NCBI GenBank assembly: GCA_965248435.1
Contig: OZ252100.1
Location: forward strand, 3,968,001 to 4,032,000
DNA length: 64,000 bases
Direction of reading: 5' to 3'
Source: Candidatus Latescibacterota bacterium
Lineage (GTDB): Bacteria > Latescibacterota > UBA2968 > GCA-2709665
A program made the translations under genes and the position numbers. Under the pieces are notes generated by a model. The model was not told the DNA's origin, did not search any database, and worked only from the letters and a program-made list of their open reading frames with translations. Shown here piece by piece: positions 1 through 10,147 of the stretch (position 1 is the first letter of the stretch; each line of letters begins with the position of its first letter).

Positions 1-1
1 G

Positions 2-1291
2 TTCTGGGTCGGGTTCGGGCTGGTTATGGCGCTCAAGCTGTGGAACATACTCTCCTACTTCACCCCGGCGTTTCCCGAGATTCCGTTCGAAACGGGCACC
101 TTCGAGCCCCTCACGGACTTCCCCTCACTCCCTCAACGCATCAGCTTCTACGCCATCGGGTTCGGCTACTTCGCCCGAAAGGACGTGCTTTTCAGCGTCT
201 GGTTCTTCATCCTGCTGACGGGGTGCGAGGTCTTCGCCTTCAACCGGCTCGGCTACCCGCTGGGGGCAGCGGGCACGCACTGGGAGAGTGAAGTGCTGAG
301 ATGGCAGGGTGTAGGGGCGCTGTTGTTCCTGGCCGGTTGGAGCCTCTGGATGGCCCGGCGGCACCTCCGGGCGGTCTGGCGCAAGGCCCTGCAACCGAAC
401 TCGGCGACTGATGACAGCGGGGAACTCCTCTCCTACCGCACGGCCGTCTTCGGTCTTGTGGGATCGCTTGTGTTCGTGGGCGCCTGGCTGCACGCGGCGG
501 GGATGGAGCTCTGGGTCGTGCTCACGTTTCTTTCGGCGTCGCTCCTCATCCCTCTGGGCCTCGCAAGGGTGGTCGCCGAGGTCGGCCTGGCCTATGTCTA
601 CTACCGGGTCCATCCTTACGATTTTGTGCTGCAGATGATGGGCACCCGCCTGATGGGGCCAGCGAGCGCGACCGCGGTCGCGACGATGGGGGCGCTCAGC
701 AGCGGGGGGCTCAAGAGCGGCAAGGGCTTCCTGCTTCCGGCGTTCACCCAGGCAGCGAAGGCCGTGGACGGCCTCGTCACCCCCAGGCGGATCGCGTGGG
801 TCATCTGCCTGGGGCTCGGCGTTGGATTCGCCATCTCCCTGGCCGACACTCTGTTTCTGGGGTATCGCTACGGGGCCTACAACCTGAGGGCCCACCTGGT
901 GTGGGTCTCCAAATACGCATTCAACCAGGCAGTCTCCTCCATCCGGAACCCCATGCCGATGGGGGGAAACGGGCGCGCGATGTGGGCCGGGATGGGCGCG
1001 GCGGTGATGGCGGCGCTGACGCTCGTGCGCTACCGGCTGCCCTGGTGGCCGCTGCACCCGATCGGGCTGGCCGTACAGGGTAACTACGGGGTGACCAAGA
1101 CGGGGCAGTCGATCCTTCTGGTCTGGGCGATCAAGTCCGTGGTCCTGCGCCTCGGAGGGGTCGCCCTCTACGACCGGGGCAAACCCTTCTTCGTCGGGCT
1201 GCTGGCCGCACAGGCGCTGAGCGCGGCTCTGGTGTCGGGCATCGACTTTCTTTGGTTTCCGCTGCACGGGCACAATGTCCACAACTATTGA
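2..1291 (+). CDS. DUF6785/DUF6784-type polytopic membrane protein, putative transporter (5' partial)
   Basis: Frame is open from the window edge (FWVGFGLVMALK...). Many hydrophobic helices; WWPLHPIG and LRLGGVALY..KPFF motifs shared with the six paralogs at 24.9-37.9 kb. Confidence 0.75.
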   Translation, partial: FWVGFGLVMALKLWNILSYFTPAFPEIPFETGTFEPLTDFPSLPQRISFYAIGFGYFARKDVLFSVWFFILLTGCEVFAFNRLGYPLGAAGTHWESEVLRWQGVGALLFLAGWSLWMARRHLRAVWRKALQPNSATDDSGELLSYRTAVFGLVGSLVFVGAWLHAAGMELWVVLTFLSASLLIPLGLARVVAEVGLAYVYYRVHPYDFVLQMMGTRLMGPASATAVATMGALSSGGLKSGKGFLLPAFTQAAKAVDGLVTPRRIAWVICLGLGVGFAISLADTLFLGYRYGAYNLRAHLVWVSKYAFNQAVSSIRNPMPMGGNGRAMWAGMGAAVMAALTLVRYRLPWWPLHPIGLAVQGNYGVTKTGQSILLVWAIKSVVLRLGGVALYDRGKPFFVGLLAAQALSAALVSGIDFLWFPLHGHNVHNY

Positions 1292-1305
1292 CCTGGAGGG
1301 AATCG

Positions 1306-2799
1306 ATGGAACCGCTCCTCAGCTACGCACGCGTCTTCGCCGGAGCGTCACGGTATGATGAAGCCGGCAATGCGCACCCCTTTCATGCACCGGAAGGGAT
1401 TTGTCTGAAGCTTACGCCTGCCGAGAAGTCGGACGTCGTGGTGGCTATGGACCGCCCGTGGGAAAGGGAGGTCATTGGCCACGTCACAGTTTACCGTGAT
1501 CAAGGCAAGTACCGGATGTGGTACGGGGCGCGCAGCGGGCCCCTTCCAGACGAGCGGTTCACGTGCTACGCTGAAAGCGAAGACGGATTTCAGTGGGAGA
1601 AACCGGAGCTGGGCCTGTATGAGTTCGAAGGGTCAAAGAAAAACAACATCTGCCTTGTAGGCCCCTATGCCATGCAAGGCTCCGTGTTCATCGACGAGAA
1701 CCCTGATGCGACGGAACGCTACAAGAGGCTTGGTCATTGTCCGCAGTGGTACGACGAAGAGGGTAAGGAGATTTCGAACAAAGTAGGCCTGGCGCGGTGG
1801 AAGGAGCTGGGCGAACAGGGCTACGACCGTGACGAGGTGAGGCAGATGGTGCGGTTGGTAGGCACGCACCGGGCAATGACGTCTCCGGACGGAATCCACT
1901 GGACAGTGCTAAAAGAACCCATTTTTGAGGGCTTCTGCGACACTCAAACGGTGGCGTATTTCGATGTGGAAAAGAAGAAGTACATCGGCTACTTCCGGAC
2001 CACTATCGACGGCCGGCGGGCGGTGGGGATGTCGGAGACCGAGGACTTCTCGGCGTGGCCGGTACCAAAGCCGATATTCGCGCCGGATGCGCTGGATGGT
2101 CCGAGTGACTCGTTTTACACGAATGCGTACTCCCGCTATCCGGGAGCGGACCTGCATCTGATGTTTCCGGCCGTGTTCCACCAGGTTACCGACAATACAG
2201 ACATCCAACTCGCCGTGAGTAGTGACGGGCGGAATTGGTCGAGGCCGTCCAGGGAAAGCATACTTGATTGTGGGGATTTGGAAAGTGGCGAACCTGGTGG
2301 AGTCTACGTCAACGCTGCTCTTTTCACCCTGCCTGATGGTAGATTTGCGATTCCGTACTTGGGACGGAGATCACGCCATCATCAAGTGTACTACACAACC
2401 ATCACCAAAGATGCGCAGGTCCGGCTTGCGCTGTGGCCCGAGCACCGACTCGGCGGCATACGGGCCGATAATCGCGGGGAGTTTACGCTCGAGAGTCGGA
2501 TGATCTCCGGCGGGGAGCTTGTGCTGAACTGCCAGGCGGACAGAGGCGGATGGATTCGGGCTGCGCTCTACGAGAACATCCCGCACCCCCCGCAGCCGGG
2601 GGAGCCGCTTCCCGGCTATTCCTTCGAAGATTGCGAACCGGTTTCGGGAAATCATTTTCGGCAGCCGATGAAGTGGAAGGGCAGCTCCGATCTGTCGTCT
2701 CTGTCGGGGAAGAAGATCAACCTCCGGTTTCAGATGAACCGGGCGATTCTGTATGCGCTTGAGCTCGGAAAAGCGACCGACGAACGTCACAGTACGTGA
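1306..2799 (+). CDS. Beta-propeller glycoside hydrolase-like protein, paralog A (497 aa)
   Basis: ATG after GGAGGG RBS. Repeated propeller/Asp-box-like motifs (YAESEDGFQW, TSPDGIHW, VSSDGRNW) and a C-terminal beta-sandwich-like tail. No signal peptide. Confidence 0.7.
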   Translation: MEPLLSYARVFAGASRYDEAGNAHPFHAPEGICLKLTPAEKSDVVVAMDRPWEREVIGHVTVYRDQGKYRMWYGARSGPLPDERFTCYAESEDGFQWEKPELGLYEFEGSKKNNICLVGPYAMQGSVFIDENPDATERYKRLGHCPQWYDEEGKEISNKVGLARWKELGEQGYDRDEVRQMVRLVGTHRAMTSPDGIHWTVLKEPIFEGFCDTQTVAYFDVEKKKYIGYFRTTIDGRRAVGMSETEDFSAWPVPKPIFAPDALDGPSDSFYTNAYSRYPGADLHLMFPAVFHQVTDNTDIQLAVSSDGRNWSRPSRESILDCGDLESGEPGGVYVNAALFTLPDGRFAIPYLGRRSRHHQVYYTTITKDAQVRLALWPEHRLGGIRADNRGEFTLESRMISGGELVLNCQADRGGWIRAALYENIPHPPQPGEPLPGYSFEDCEPVSGNHFRQPMKWKGSSDLSSLSGKKINLRFQMNRAILYALELGKATDERHST

Positions 2800-2821
2800 A
2801 GAATGAAACAATAATCAATAT

Positions 2822-3841
2822 GCTGGATTCAATGACTAAGTGCAACACTTGGACTTGAAGACTTCAGCTGGTGTTTTGAAGTTAAGACATTTTCTTGGTC
2901 GGTTGTTGATCCGGTTCTGAATTTTCTTTAACTCGTGTTTGCTGACCTTTGAGAAGTCTGTCTTCTTGGGGAGGTATCTGCGGACCAGACCGATAGCGTT
3001 TTCCACAGCGCCTCGCTCCCAGCTGTGGAACGGTTTGCAGAAATAGGATTTGGTGCCAAGCACCTCGTTGACCCGTTGATGTTGGCCGTTTTCGGATCCG
3101 TTGTCATATGTGATGCTCTTCCTCATGTGGGGAGGATGTCGCCCAAGGCGTCGATTAATCGCTTCGGCGACCTCCGAGGGTCCGTTCTTTGCCAGCTTAG
3201 CCAGGTGTAGGTATCTCGACGATCGCTCAAGACAAGCGCCAACGGCCTGTTTGCTCTCACGAGAGATGATGGTGTCGGATTCCCAGTGGCCAGGTTGTTT
3301 CCGTTTTTCGATGTAACGGGGACGTCGATCGATCGAAATACGGCCTGGAATGTGGCTTTCCCGGTGTTTTCGGGTATGCCACCGCGGCTTTCGTTTTTTG
3401 TGAGCTCGGGATAAGCAAGCAACCAGATCCCGCTGCTTGTGCACCTTTGGATCGTAGATATACTGGTAGATGGCTTCGTGGCTGATACCCGCGCTCGGAC
3501 GCTCCTCGGGAAGCCTCCCAGCGATCAACTCGGGAGACCATCCTTGCTTGAGTTTGGTCTCGACATATCGCCGGATAACCGGATTCTTCAGCCGTTTCCG
3601 CTTGCCGGCCTCCCGCTTACGTTTCTCAGCCCTTCTGTGAGCCTGGAGGCCCGAGTAACTCTCAGCTATCGGGGACGGATTACGTTTCAACTCTCTTGAA
3701 ATCGTGCTGGCGCTCCGGTCAAGGGCCTTGGCAATATCTCTAAGGCTTGCACCAGTGGCTCGACTGCTTGTAATTGTTTCCCATACACTTAGGATAGGAC
3801 AGTTGCTACCCTAAGTGTTGCACTTCCTTATTGAACTCGGG
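2822..3841 (-). mobile_element. IS30-family insertion sequence, copy 1 (35-bp internal deletion)
   Basis: Same sequence as 10148-11202 apart from a 35-bp deletion. Imperfect terminal IRs (TTCAAT....AAGTGCAACACTT). 3-bp TSD TAT at 2819-2821 and 3842-3844. Confidence 0.92.
2836..3784 (-). pseudogene. IS30 transposase, frameshifted near the N-terminus
   Basis: ATG at 3784 corresponds to the start of the intact copy. A 35-bp deletion at 3764/3765 breaks the frame in the N-terminal HTH. The DDE region (GHWESDT, TYDNGSE, WERGAVEN) is intact downstream. Confidence 0.85.
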
Positions 3842-3950
3842 TATCCAATATCGAATATCCAATGATCAAGGGCGATGAGAAACGCGTGGTTCACGAGTCG
3901 GTGAGCCCAATGCAACAATAGAGATTTGGTCCAAAAACCGGAGGGAATCG

Positions 3951-5444
3951 ATGGAACCGCTACTCAGCTATGCACGCGTCTTCGCCGGAGCGTCACGGTA
4001 TGATGAAGCAGGCAATGCGCACCCCTTTCATGCACCGGAAGGGATTTGCCTGAAGCTTACGCCTGCCGAGAAGTCGGACGTCGTGGTGGCGATGGACCGC
4101 CCGTGGGAAAGGATGATGATTTGCCACGTGACAGTGCGCCGTGATCAAGGCAAGTACCGGATGTGGTACGGGGCACGCAGCGGGCCCCCTCCTGACGAGC
4201 AGTTCTTGTGCTACGCCGAGAGCGAAGACGGATTTCAGTGGGAGAAACCGGAGCTGGGCCTGTATGAGTTCGAAGGGTCCAAGAAGAACAACATCTGTCT
4301 TGTAGGCCCCCATGCCATGCGAGGCTCCGTGTTCATCGACGAGAACCCTGAGGCCGAGGAACGGTACAAGAAGCTCGGTCATTCTCCCCGGTGGTACGAC
4401 GAAGAGGGCAAGGAGATCTCGAACAAAGAAGGCCTGGCGCGGTGGAAGGAACTGGGCGAGCAGGGCTACAACCGTGACGAGGTGAGGCAGAAGGTGCGTT
4501 TGGTGGGCACGCACCGGGCAATGACGTCTTCGGACGGAATCCACTGGACAGTGTTGAAAGAACCCATTTTTGAGGGCTTCTGCGACTCCCAAACGGTGGC
4601 GTATTTCGACGTCGAAAAGAAGAAGTACATCGGTTACTTCCGGACCACAATCGACGGCCGGAGGGCGGTGGGAATGTCGGAGACCAAAGACTTCTCGGCG
4701 TGGCCGGTACCAAAACCGATATTCGCGCCGGATGCGCTGGATGGTCCGAGTGACTCGTTATACACGAACGCGTACTCCCGCTATCCGGGAGCGGACTTGC
4801 ATCTGATGTTTCCGGCCGTGTTCCACCAGGTTACCGACAATACAGACATCCAGCTCGCCGTGAGTAGTGACGGGCGGAATTGGTCGAGGCCGTCCAGGGC
4901 AAGCATACTTGATTGTGGGGATTCGGAAAGCGGCGATGGCGGTGGAGTCTACGCCTCCGCTGCTCTCTTCATCTTGCCTGATGGTAGATTTGCGATTCCG
5001 TACCTGGCACAGAGATCACGCCATCATGAAGCGTTCTACCCAACCACCGACAAGGAAACACAGCTCCGTCTTGCGTTGTGGCCCGAGCATCGGCTCGGAG
5101 GCATACGGGCCGACAATCGCGGGGAGTTTACGCTCGAGAGTCGGATGATCGCCGGAGGGGAGCTTGTGCTGAACTCCCAGGCGGACAGAGGCGGATGGAT
5201 TCGGGCTGCGTTCTACGAGAACATCCCGCACCCCCCGGAGCCGGGGGAGCCGCTTCCCGGCTATTCCTTCGAAGATTGCGAACCGGTTTCGGGAAATCAT
5301 TTTCGGCAGCCGATGAAGTGGAAGGGCAGCTCCGATCTGTCGTCTCTGTCGGGGAAGAAGATCAACGTCCGGTTTCAGATGAACCGGGCGACCCTGTATG
5401 CGCTTGAGCTCGGAAAAGCGACCGACGAACGTCACAGTACGTGA
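3951..5444 (+). CDS. Beta-propeller glycoside hydrolase-like protein, paralog B (497 aa)
   Basis: Near-identical to 1306-2799 and 7049-8542; GGAGGG RBS. Confidence 0.72.
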   Translation: MEPLLSYARVFAGASRYDEAGNAHPFHAPEGICLKLTPAEKSDVVVAMDRPWERMMICHVTVRRDQGKYRMWYGARSGPPPDEQFLCYAESEDGFQWEKPELGLYEFEGSKKNNICLVGPHAMRGSVFIDENPEAEERYKKLGHSPRWYDEEGKEISNKEGLARWKELGEQGYNRDEVRQKVRLVGTHRAMTSSDGIHWTVLKEPIFEGFCDSQTVAYFDVEKKKYIGYFRTTIDGRRAVGMSETKDFSAWPVPKPIFAPDALDGPSDSLYTNAYSRYPGADLHLMFPAVFHQVTDNTDIQLAVSSDGRNWSRPSRASILDCGDSESGDGGGVYASAALFILPDGRFAIPYLAQRSRHHEAFYPTTDKETQLRLALWPEHRLGGIRADNRGEFTLESRMIAGGELVLNSQADRGGWIRAAFYENIPHPPEPGEPLPGYSFEDCEPVSGNHFRQPMKWKGSSDLSSLSGKKINVRFQMNRATLYALELGKATDERHST

Positions 5445-5531
5445 AAAAAGAAACAATATCCAATAATCAAGGGCGATAAGAAACGCCTGGTTGACATTCG
5501 CCGGCGGCAACCCATAGATGGAGTTCCATTC

Positions 5532-6992
5532 GTGTCCGATCCCGATTGCCCAAACATCGTCCTGCTGATGACGGATCAGCAGAAGGCGTCGGCCGTCGGT
5601 TGCTACGGCAACCGTCACGTGCCGTCGCCGTTTCAGGATCGCATGGCGGCCGAAGGTATTGCGTTCACACAATGCTTCGCGAACTCATCGGTGTGTACGC
5701 CTTCCCGGGCCTCGATCATGACCGGGGTCAATCCGCTGGTGCATCAGTCTACGGCCGTGCAACATCGCGTGCCTTGGAACCTGCCGCAGTTTCCCGAACT
5801 GCTCAGCTGGCACGGCTATTTAAATGCCGCTTTCGGCCATTGTGAAGGTCCGCGCGGACTCGACCGCGGTTATCACCGGCAGAAGGATGGCAGCTCGGTG
5901 GGGCCGCTGCTCAATGCCAAGCGCACGTGGATGGACGCCGGCCGGGCCGACGTCGCGTGGGGGTACGGCCCCGTCGATTTGCCGGTCGAGGCGTCGCACG
6001 CCGCGCTGTTGACCGATGAAGCGATCCGAGCCCTGCGGGAGGCGAAGCATGCCGAGGCGCCATTCTTTCTGCAGCTATCCTTCGACGATCCGCATCAGCC
6101 TTATTGCGCGCCGCGTCCCTTCGATACGCTCGTCGATCCGATGGCCGTCGACCTTCCGCCACGCAAACCCACCGCAGGCCGGCCGGCGTGGCAGGAGAAG
6201 GTTGCGCGCGAGTGCGGGTCGCATCTCGCGTCGGACATGGACATGCGCAAAGCCATAAGCCACTACTACGGCATGATCGCGCATGCCAATGCCCAGATGG
6301 AACGGCTGTACGACGCCATGGATGCGCTTGGCCAACTGGACAACACCTGGTTCATCCTTACCTCCGACCACGGCGATTTCACCGGCGAGAAGAACCTCTA
6401 CGCCAAGTGCGAAACGACCTACGAATGTCTGCTCCGGGTACCCCTGATCATCCGACCTCCGGATTCGGTGCAAATGAAGAGGGGCATGCGTGTCGAGCAC
6501 CTCACGCAACTTGTCGACCTCATGCCCACCGTGCTCGGCCTCGCCGGCGTCAACGCCCCGCATTATATGCAGGGATACGATCTCATAGAATGGATCGCGC
6601 ATGGCGCAACGAAGCCGCTGCGCGACACGGCCTTCGCACAAGTGGGCGCCTACGAAGGCGATCTCAAAACCACCTGGCCCGGCGGGATGCCCGAGTCGGG
6701 GCGACATCCTTCCCTCGTGCAGCACGCACGCACCCTTGGCATCGCCTACACCCGGGATCCGGACTATGGCGATGAAGCCTACGACCTGCGCGCCGATCCT
6801 CATGAGTTGGACAACCTGCTCAATCCCGGCAAAGCCGCCCCGCCCGCGGAAGTGGAGGACCTGCGGGGCCGGCTCGATGGATTCGAAGCCACGTGCCTTG
6901 CGCTGCGTGACGAGTTGAAAATTCGCCCCGGGGACCGCGGGTATCACGAAGGCACCAGATGGCTCGAAGCGCAGGCACGTAGTTATCCGTGA
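5532..6992 (+). CDS. Sulfatase (Cys-type)
   Basis: PNIVLLMTDQ, CTPSRASIMTG (CxPxR), SDHG metal-binding motif; GTG start. Confidence 0.9.
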   Translation: MSDPDCPNIVLLMTDQQKASAVGCYGNRHVPSPFQDRMAAEGIAFTQCFANSSVCTPSRASIMTGVNPLVHQSTAVQHRVPWNLPQFPELLSWHGYLNAAFGHCEGPRGLDRGYHRQKDGSSVGPLLNAKRTWMDAGRADVAWGYGPVDLPVEASHAALLTDEAIRALREAKHAEAPFFLQLSFDDPHQPYCAPRPFDTLVDPMAVDLPPRKPTAGRPAWQEKVARECGSHLASDMDMRKAISHYYGMIAHANAQMERLYDAMDALGQLDNTWFILTSDHGDFTGEKNLYAKCETTYECLLRVPLIIRPPDSVQMKRGMRVEHLTQLVDLMPTVLGLAGVNAPHYMQGYDLIEWIAHGATKPLRDTAFAQVGAYEGDLKTTWPGGMPESGRHPSLVQHARTLGIAYTRDPDYGDEAYDLRADPHELDNLLNPGKAAPPAEVEDLRGRLDGFEATCLALRDELKIRPGDRGYHEGTRWLEAQARSYP

Positions 6993-7048
6993 TTTTGTCG
7001 TAGATTACCGGACCAAACGAGATTTGGTCCGAAAACCGGAGGGAATCG

Positions 7049-8542
7049 ATGGAACCGCTCCTCAGCTATGCGCGCGTCTTCGCCGGAGCGTCACGGTATG
7101 ATGAAGCAGGCAATGCGCACCCCTTTCATGCACCGGAAGGGATTTGTCTGAAGTTTACGCCTGCCGAGAAGTCGGACGTCGTGGTGGCGATGGACCGCCC
7201 GTGGGAAAGGATGATGATTAGCCACGTGACAGTGCGCCGTGATCAAGGCAAGTACCGGATGTGGTACGGGGCGCGCAGCGGGCCCCCTCCTGACGAGCAG
7301 TTCTTGTGCTACGCTGAAAGCGAAGACGGATTTCAGTGGGAGAAACCGGAGCTGGGCCTGTATGAGTTCGAAGGGTCCAAGAAGAACAACATCTGTCTTG
7401 TTGGCCCCCATGCTATGCGAGGCTCCGTGTTTATCGACGAGAACCCTGATGCGACGGAACGGTACAAGAAGCTCGGTCATTGTCCTCAGTGGTACAACGA
7501 AGAGGGCAAGGAGATCTCGAACAAAGAAGGCCTGGCGCGGTGGAAGGAACTGGGCGAGCAGGGCTACAACCGTGACGAGGTGAGGCAGAAGGTGCGTTTG
7601 GTGGGCACGCACCGGGCAATGGCGTCTTCGGACGGAATCCACTGGACAGTGTTGAAAGAACCCATTTTCGAGGGCTTCTGTGACACCCAAACGGTGGCGT
7701 ATTTCGATGTGGAAAAGAGGAAGTACATCGGCTACTTTCGGACCACAATCGACGGCCGGAGGGCGGTGGGAATGTCGGAGACCAAAGACTTCTCGGCGTG
7801 GCCGGTACCAAAACCGATATTCGCGCCGGATGCGCTGGATGGTCCGAGTGACTCGTTTTACTCGAACTCGTGCTCCCGCTATCCGGGAGCGGATCTACAC
7901 ATCATGTTTCCGGCTGTTTTCCACCAGGTCGACTGCAGCGTGGACATTCAACTAGCGGTTAGCAGCGACGGTGTCAACTGGTCAAGGCCTTCGCGAGAAC
8001 CGATCGTGCGTTGCCTCGGCGAAAACGGCAGTGGCGACGAAATGGTACGCGGCGGAGCGGGACTGGTCGTACTGACTGACGGGCGATTCGCGCTGCCGTA
8101 CGTCGGAACAATGGGTCGCCATCACGAAACGTATTATCGGGAAATTAAACCGGGCAGCCAGTTCCGGCTTGCGATCTGGCCCGAGCATCGGCTCGGCGGC
8201 ATACGGGCTGACAATCGCGGTGAATTTACGCTTGAGAGTCGGATGATCGCCGGCGGGGAGCTTGTACTGAACTGCCAGGCGGACCGAGGCGGATGGATTC
8301 GGGCTGCGCTCTACGAGAACATCCCGCACCCCCCGGAGCCGGGGGAACCGCTTCCCGGCTATTCCTTCGAAGATTGCGAACCGGTTTCGGGAAATCAGGT
8401 TCGGCAGCCAATGAAGTGGAAGGGCAGCTCCGATCTGTCATCTCTCTCGGGGAAGAAGATCAACGTCCGGTTTCAGATGAACCGGGCGACCCTGTATGCG
8501 CTTGAGCTCGGAAAAGCGACCGACGAACGCCACAGTATTTGA
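7049..8542 (+). CDS. Beta-propeller glycoside hydrolase-like protein, paralog C (497 aa)
   Basis: Near-identical to paralogs A and B except for a divergent segment around residues 290-375. Confidence 0.72.
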   Translation: MEPLLSYARVFAGASRYDEAGNAHPFHAPEGICLKFTPAEKSDVVVAMDRPWERMMISHVTVRRDQGKYRMWYGARSGPPPDEQFLCYAESEDGFQWEKPELGLYEFEGSKKNNICLVGPHAMRGSVFIDENPDATERYKKLGHCPQWYNEEGKEISNKEGLARWKELGEQGYNRDEVRQKVRLVGTHRAMASSDGIHWTVLKEPIFEGFCDTQTVAYFDVEKRKYIGYFRTTIDGRRAVGMSETKDFSAWPVPKPIFAPDALDGPSDSFYSNSCSRYPGADLHIMFPAVFHQVDCSVDIQLAVSSDGVNWSRPSREPIVRCLGENGSGDEMVRGGAGLVVLTDGRFALPYVGTMGRHHETYYREIKPGSQFRLAIWPEHRLGGIRADNRGEFTLESRMIAGGELVLNCQADRGGWIRAALYENIPHPPEPGEPLPGYSFEDCEPVSGNQVRQPMKWKGSSDLSSLSGKKINVRFQMNRATLYALELGKATDERHSI

Positions 8543-8662
8543 CCACAAGAAGGAATTGACATTGAAATAAATCCCCCCTGCCCCCCTTTTTCAAAGGGGG
8601 GACATTGCTCTAAATGATGTGGATTCTCTATTCAGAAAGCTAATACTTCCCCCTTTGTTAAA

Positions 8663-9984
8663 GGTTCTTCGTCAAATGTTGGGGTAGAAAATAGACGAGA
8701 CAACGGCATCCGACCTATCTTCAGAGTATCCTCTATAAACCTGAAGGTAGAAAGGAGAGCGCGTTGTCTCAGGTGCAAAGTATATCCTTACTGGGTAGGT
8801 GGCAAGGGTTTGTGGTAGTTGGCATTCAACGTCAGGAAGCAGACGTTGTTGGAGTCGAGTTACGTCCCAAGACAGGCCGCCTTCCTCGGTGTGGTGGTTG
8901 CGGGAAGAAGGCGTACCGGGTTCATGATTGGGCAGTGCGATTTGCTCAGGATTTGCCGATCTGGGGGTCTCGAACCAGGCTGATCGTGCACTCCCGGCGC
9001 GTCCTATGTCCCCGATGTGGCTGCCGGACGGAGCAGATTGACTGGCTGGATCGGTATTCACGGGTCACTCAACGCCTGGCTGAAAGTGTTGTTCGATTGT
9101 GCGAAGTCCTGCCCATCCAGCACGTGGCACAGCACTATGGGATGAGCTGGAATACCGTGAAGCGCATTCACAAGACCCATCTCCAGCAAGAGCTGGAACC
9201 GCCGGATTTTGCCAGGGTCACGGTGATCGGCATGGACGAATTTGCGATCCAAAAGGGCCATCGCTACGCCACAGTGATTGTTGACATGGAGACCAAGCGT
9301 GTCCTATGGGTGGGTCGCGGCCGAAGTCGAGAGGACATCCGCCCGTTTTTCCACCTCCTTGGAGAAGAAGGCTGCAAGCAACTTGAGGCCGTGGCGATGG
9401 ACATGAACGGTGCCTACGAAGAGGAGGTGCGATCCCATTGTCCGGATGTGGACATCATCTATGACCTGTATCACGTTAAAGCCAAGTACAACCGCGACGT
9501 CGTCGAGCGAGTACGCATCGACGAACTGGGTCGGGTGCGCGGTGGCCGACCCGATCGCAAAGTGACTCAGAACCAACGGTGGTTGCTCCTGCGCAGCAAA
9601 GCAAATGTCACGAGCAAAGAAGACAGAGTGTCGCTAAGAGAATTGCTTTCTGCAAACAAACGCCTCTACACGGTATACCTCCTCAAAGAGGATCTCAATC
9701 ATCTCTGGTCTTATCGATCCAGAGCTGCGGCCAACAGATTCTGGAATCAGTGGTATCGACGCGCCATCTACAGCAAGATCGAGCCACTCAAGAAATTCGC
9801 ACGCAATCTGAAGACGTATATGCCAGGAATCCTAGCTCACTGTGACTATCCCATCGGGACAAGCCTGATTGAGGGAATTAACAACAAAATCAAGGTCATC
9901 AAGCGGATGGCATATGGCTTCAGGGATGATAATTATTTCTTTCTTAGAATCCGCCACGCCTTCCCCGGAAATCGGTGATGAACC
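8663..9984 (+). mobile_element. ISL3-family insertion sequence (1322 bp)
   Basis: Ends GGTTCTTCGTCAAATGTTGGGG and CCCCGGAAATCGGTGATGAACC form an imperfect IR. 8-bp TSD TTGTTAAA at 8655-8662 and 9985-9992. Confidence 0.93.
8764..9978 (+). CDS. ISL3 family transposase
   Basis: Zinc finger CxxC...CPRC; IGMDEF, AMDM and YDLYHV; EGINNKIKVIKRMAYGFRD motif typical of ISL3. Confidence 0.93.
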   Translation: MSQVQSISLLGRWQGFVVVGIQRQEADVVGVELRPKTGRLPRCGGCGKKAYRVHDWAVRFAQDLPIWGSRTRLIVHSRRVLCPRCGCRTEQIDWLDRYSRVTQRLAESVVRLCEVLPIQHVAQHYGMSWNTVKRIHKTHLQQELEPPDFARVTVIGMDEFAIQKGHRYATVIVDMETKRVLWVGRGRSREDIRPFFHLLGEEGCKQLEAVAMDMNGAYEEEVRSHCPDVDIIYDLYHVKAKYNRDVVERVRIDELGRVRGGRPDRKVTQNQRWLLLRSKANVTSKEDRVSLRELLSANKRLYTVYLLKEDLNHLWSYRSRAAANRFWNQWYRRAIYSKIEPLKKFARNLKTYMPGILAHCDYPIGTSLIEGINNKIKVIKRMAYGFRDDNYFFLRIRHAFPGNR

Positions 9985-10147
9985 TTGTTAAAGGGGGATT
10001 GAGGGGGATTTCAAGATGCATCACTGCAGTGATGGTTAGGCGCGATATTTTTTGCGAGTTTCACAGACAGCATGCAACTTCAAGGTGGATTGTTCTTATT
10101 CGCCCCAAATGAGAAGAATCGCTTAATTTACGATCCAATATCGAATA

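Larger units (their letters stand above)
8569..10011. repeat. REP-like hairpin doublet (AAATCCCCCC..CCCCCTTT-n-AAAGGGGG ... AAAGGGGG..GGGGGATTT) interrupted by ISL3
   Basis: Two inverted GC hairpins. Homologous, including flanks TTGACATTGA and TTCAA.A.GCATC, to 21703-22327; similar to 31071-31629. Confidence 0.85.
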
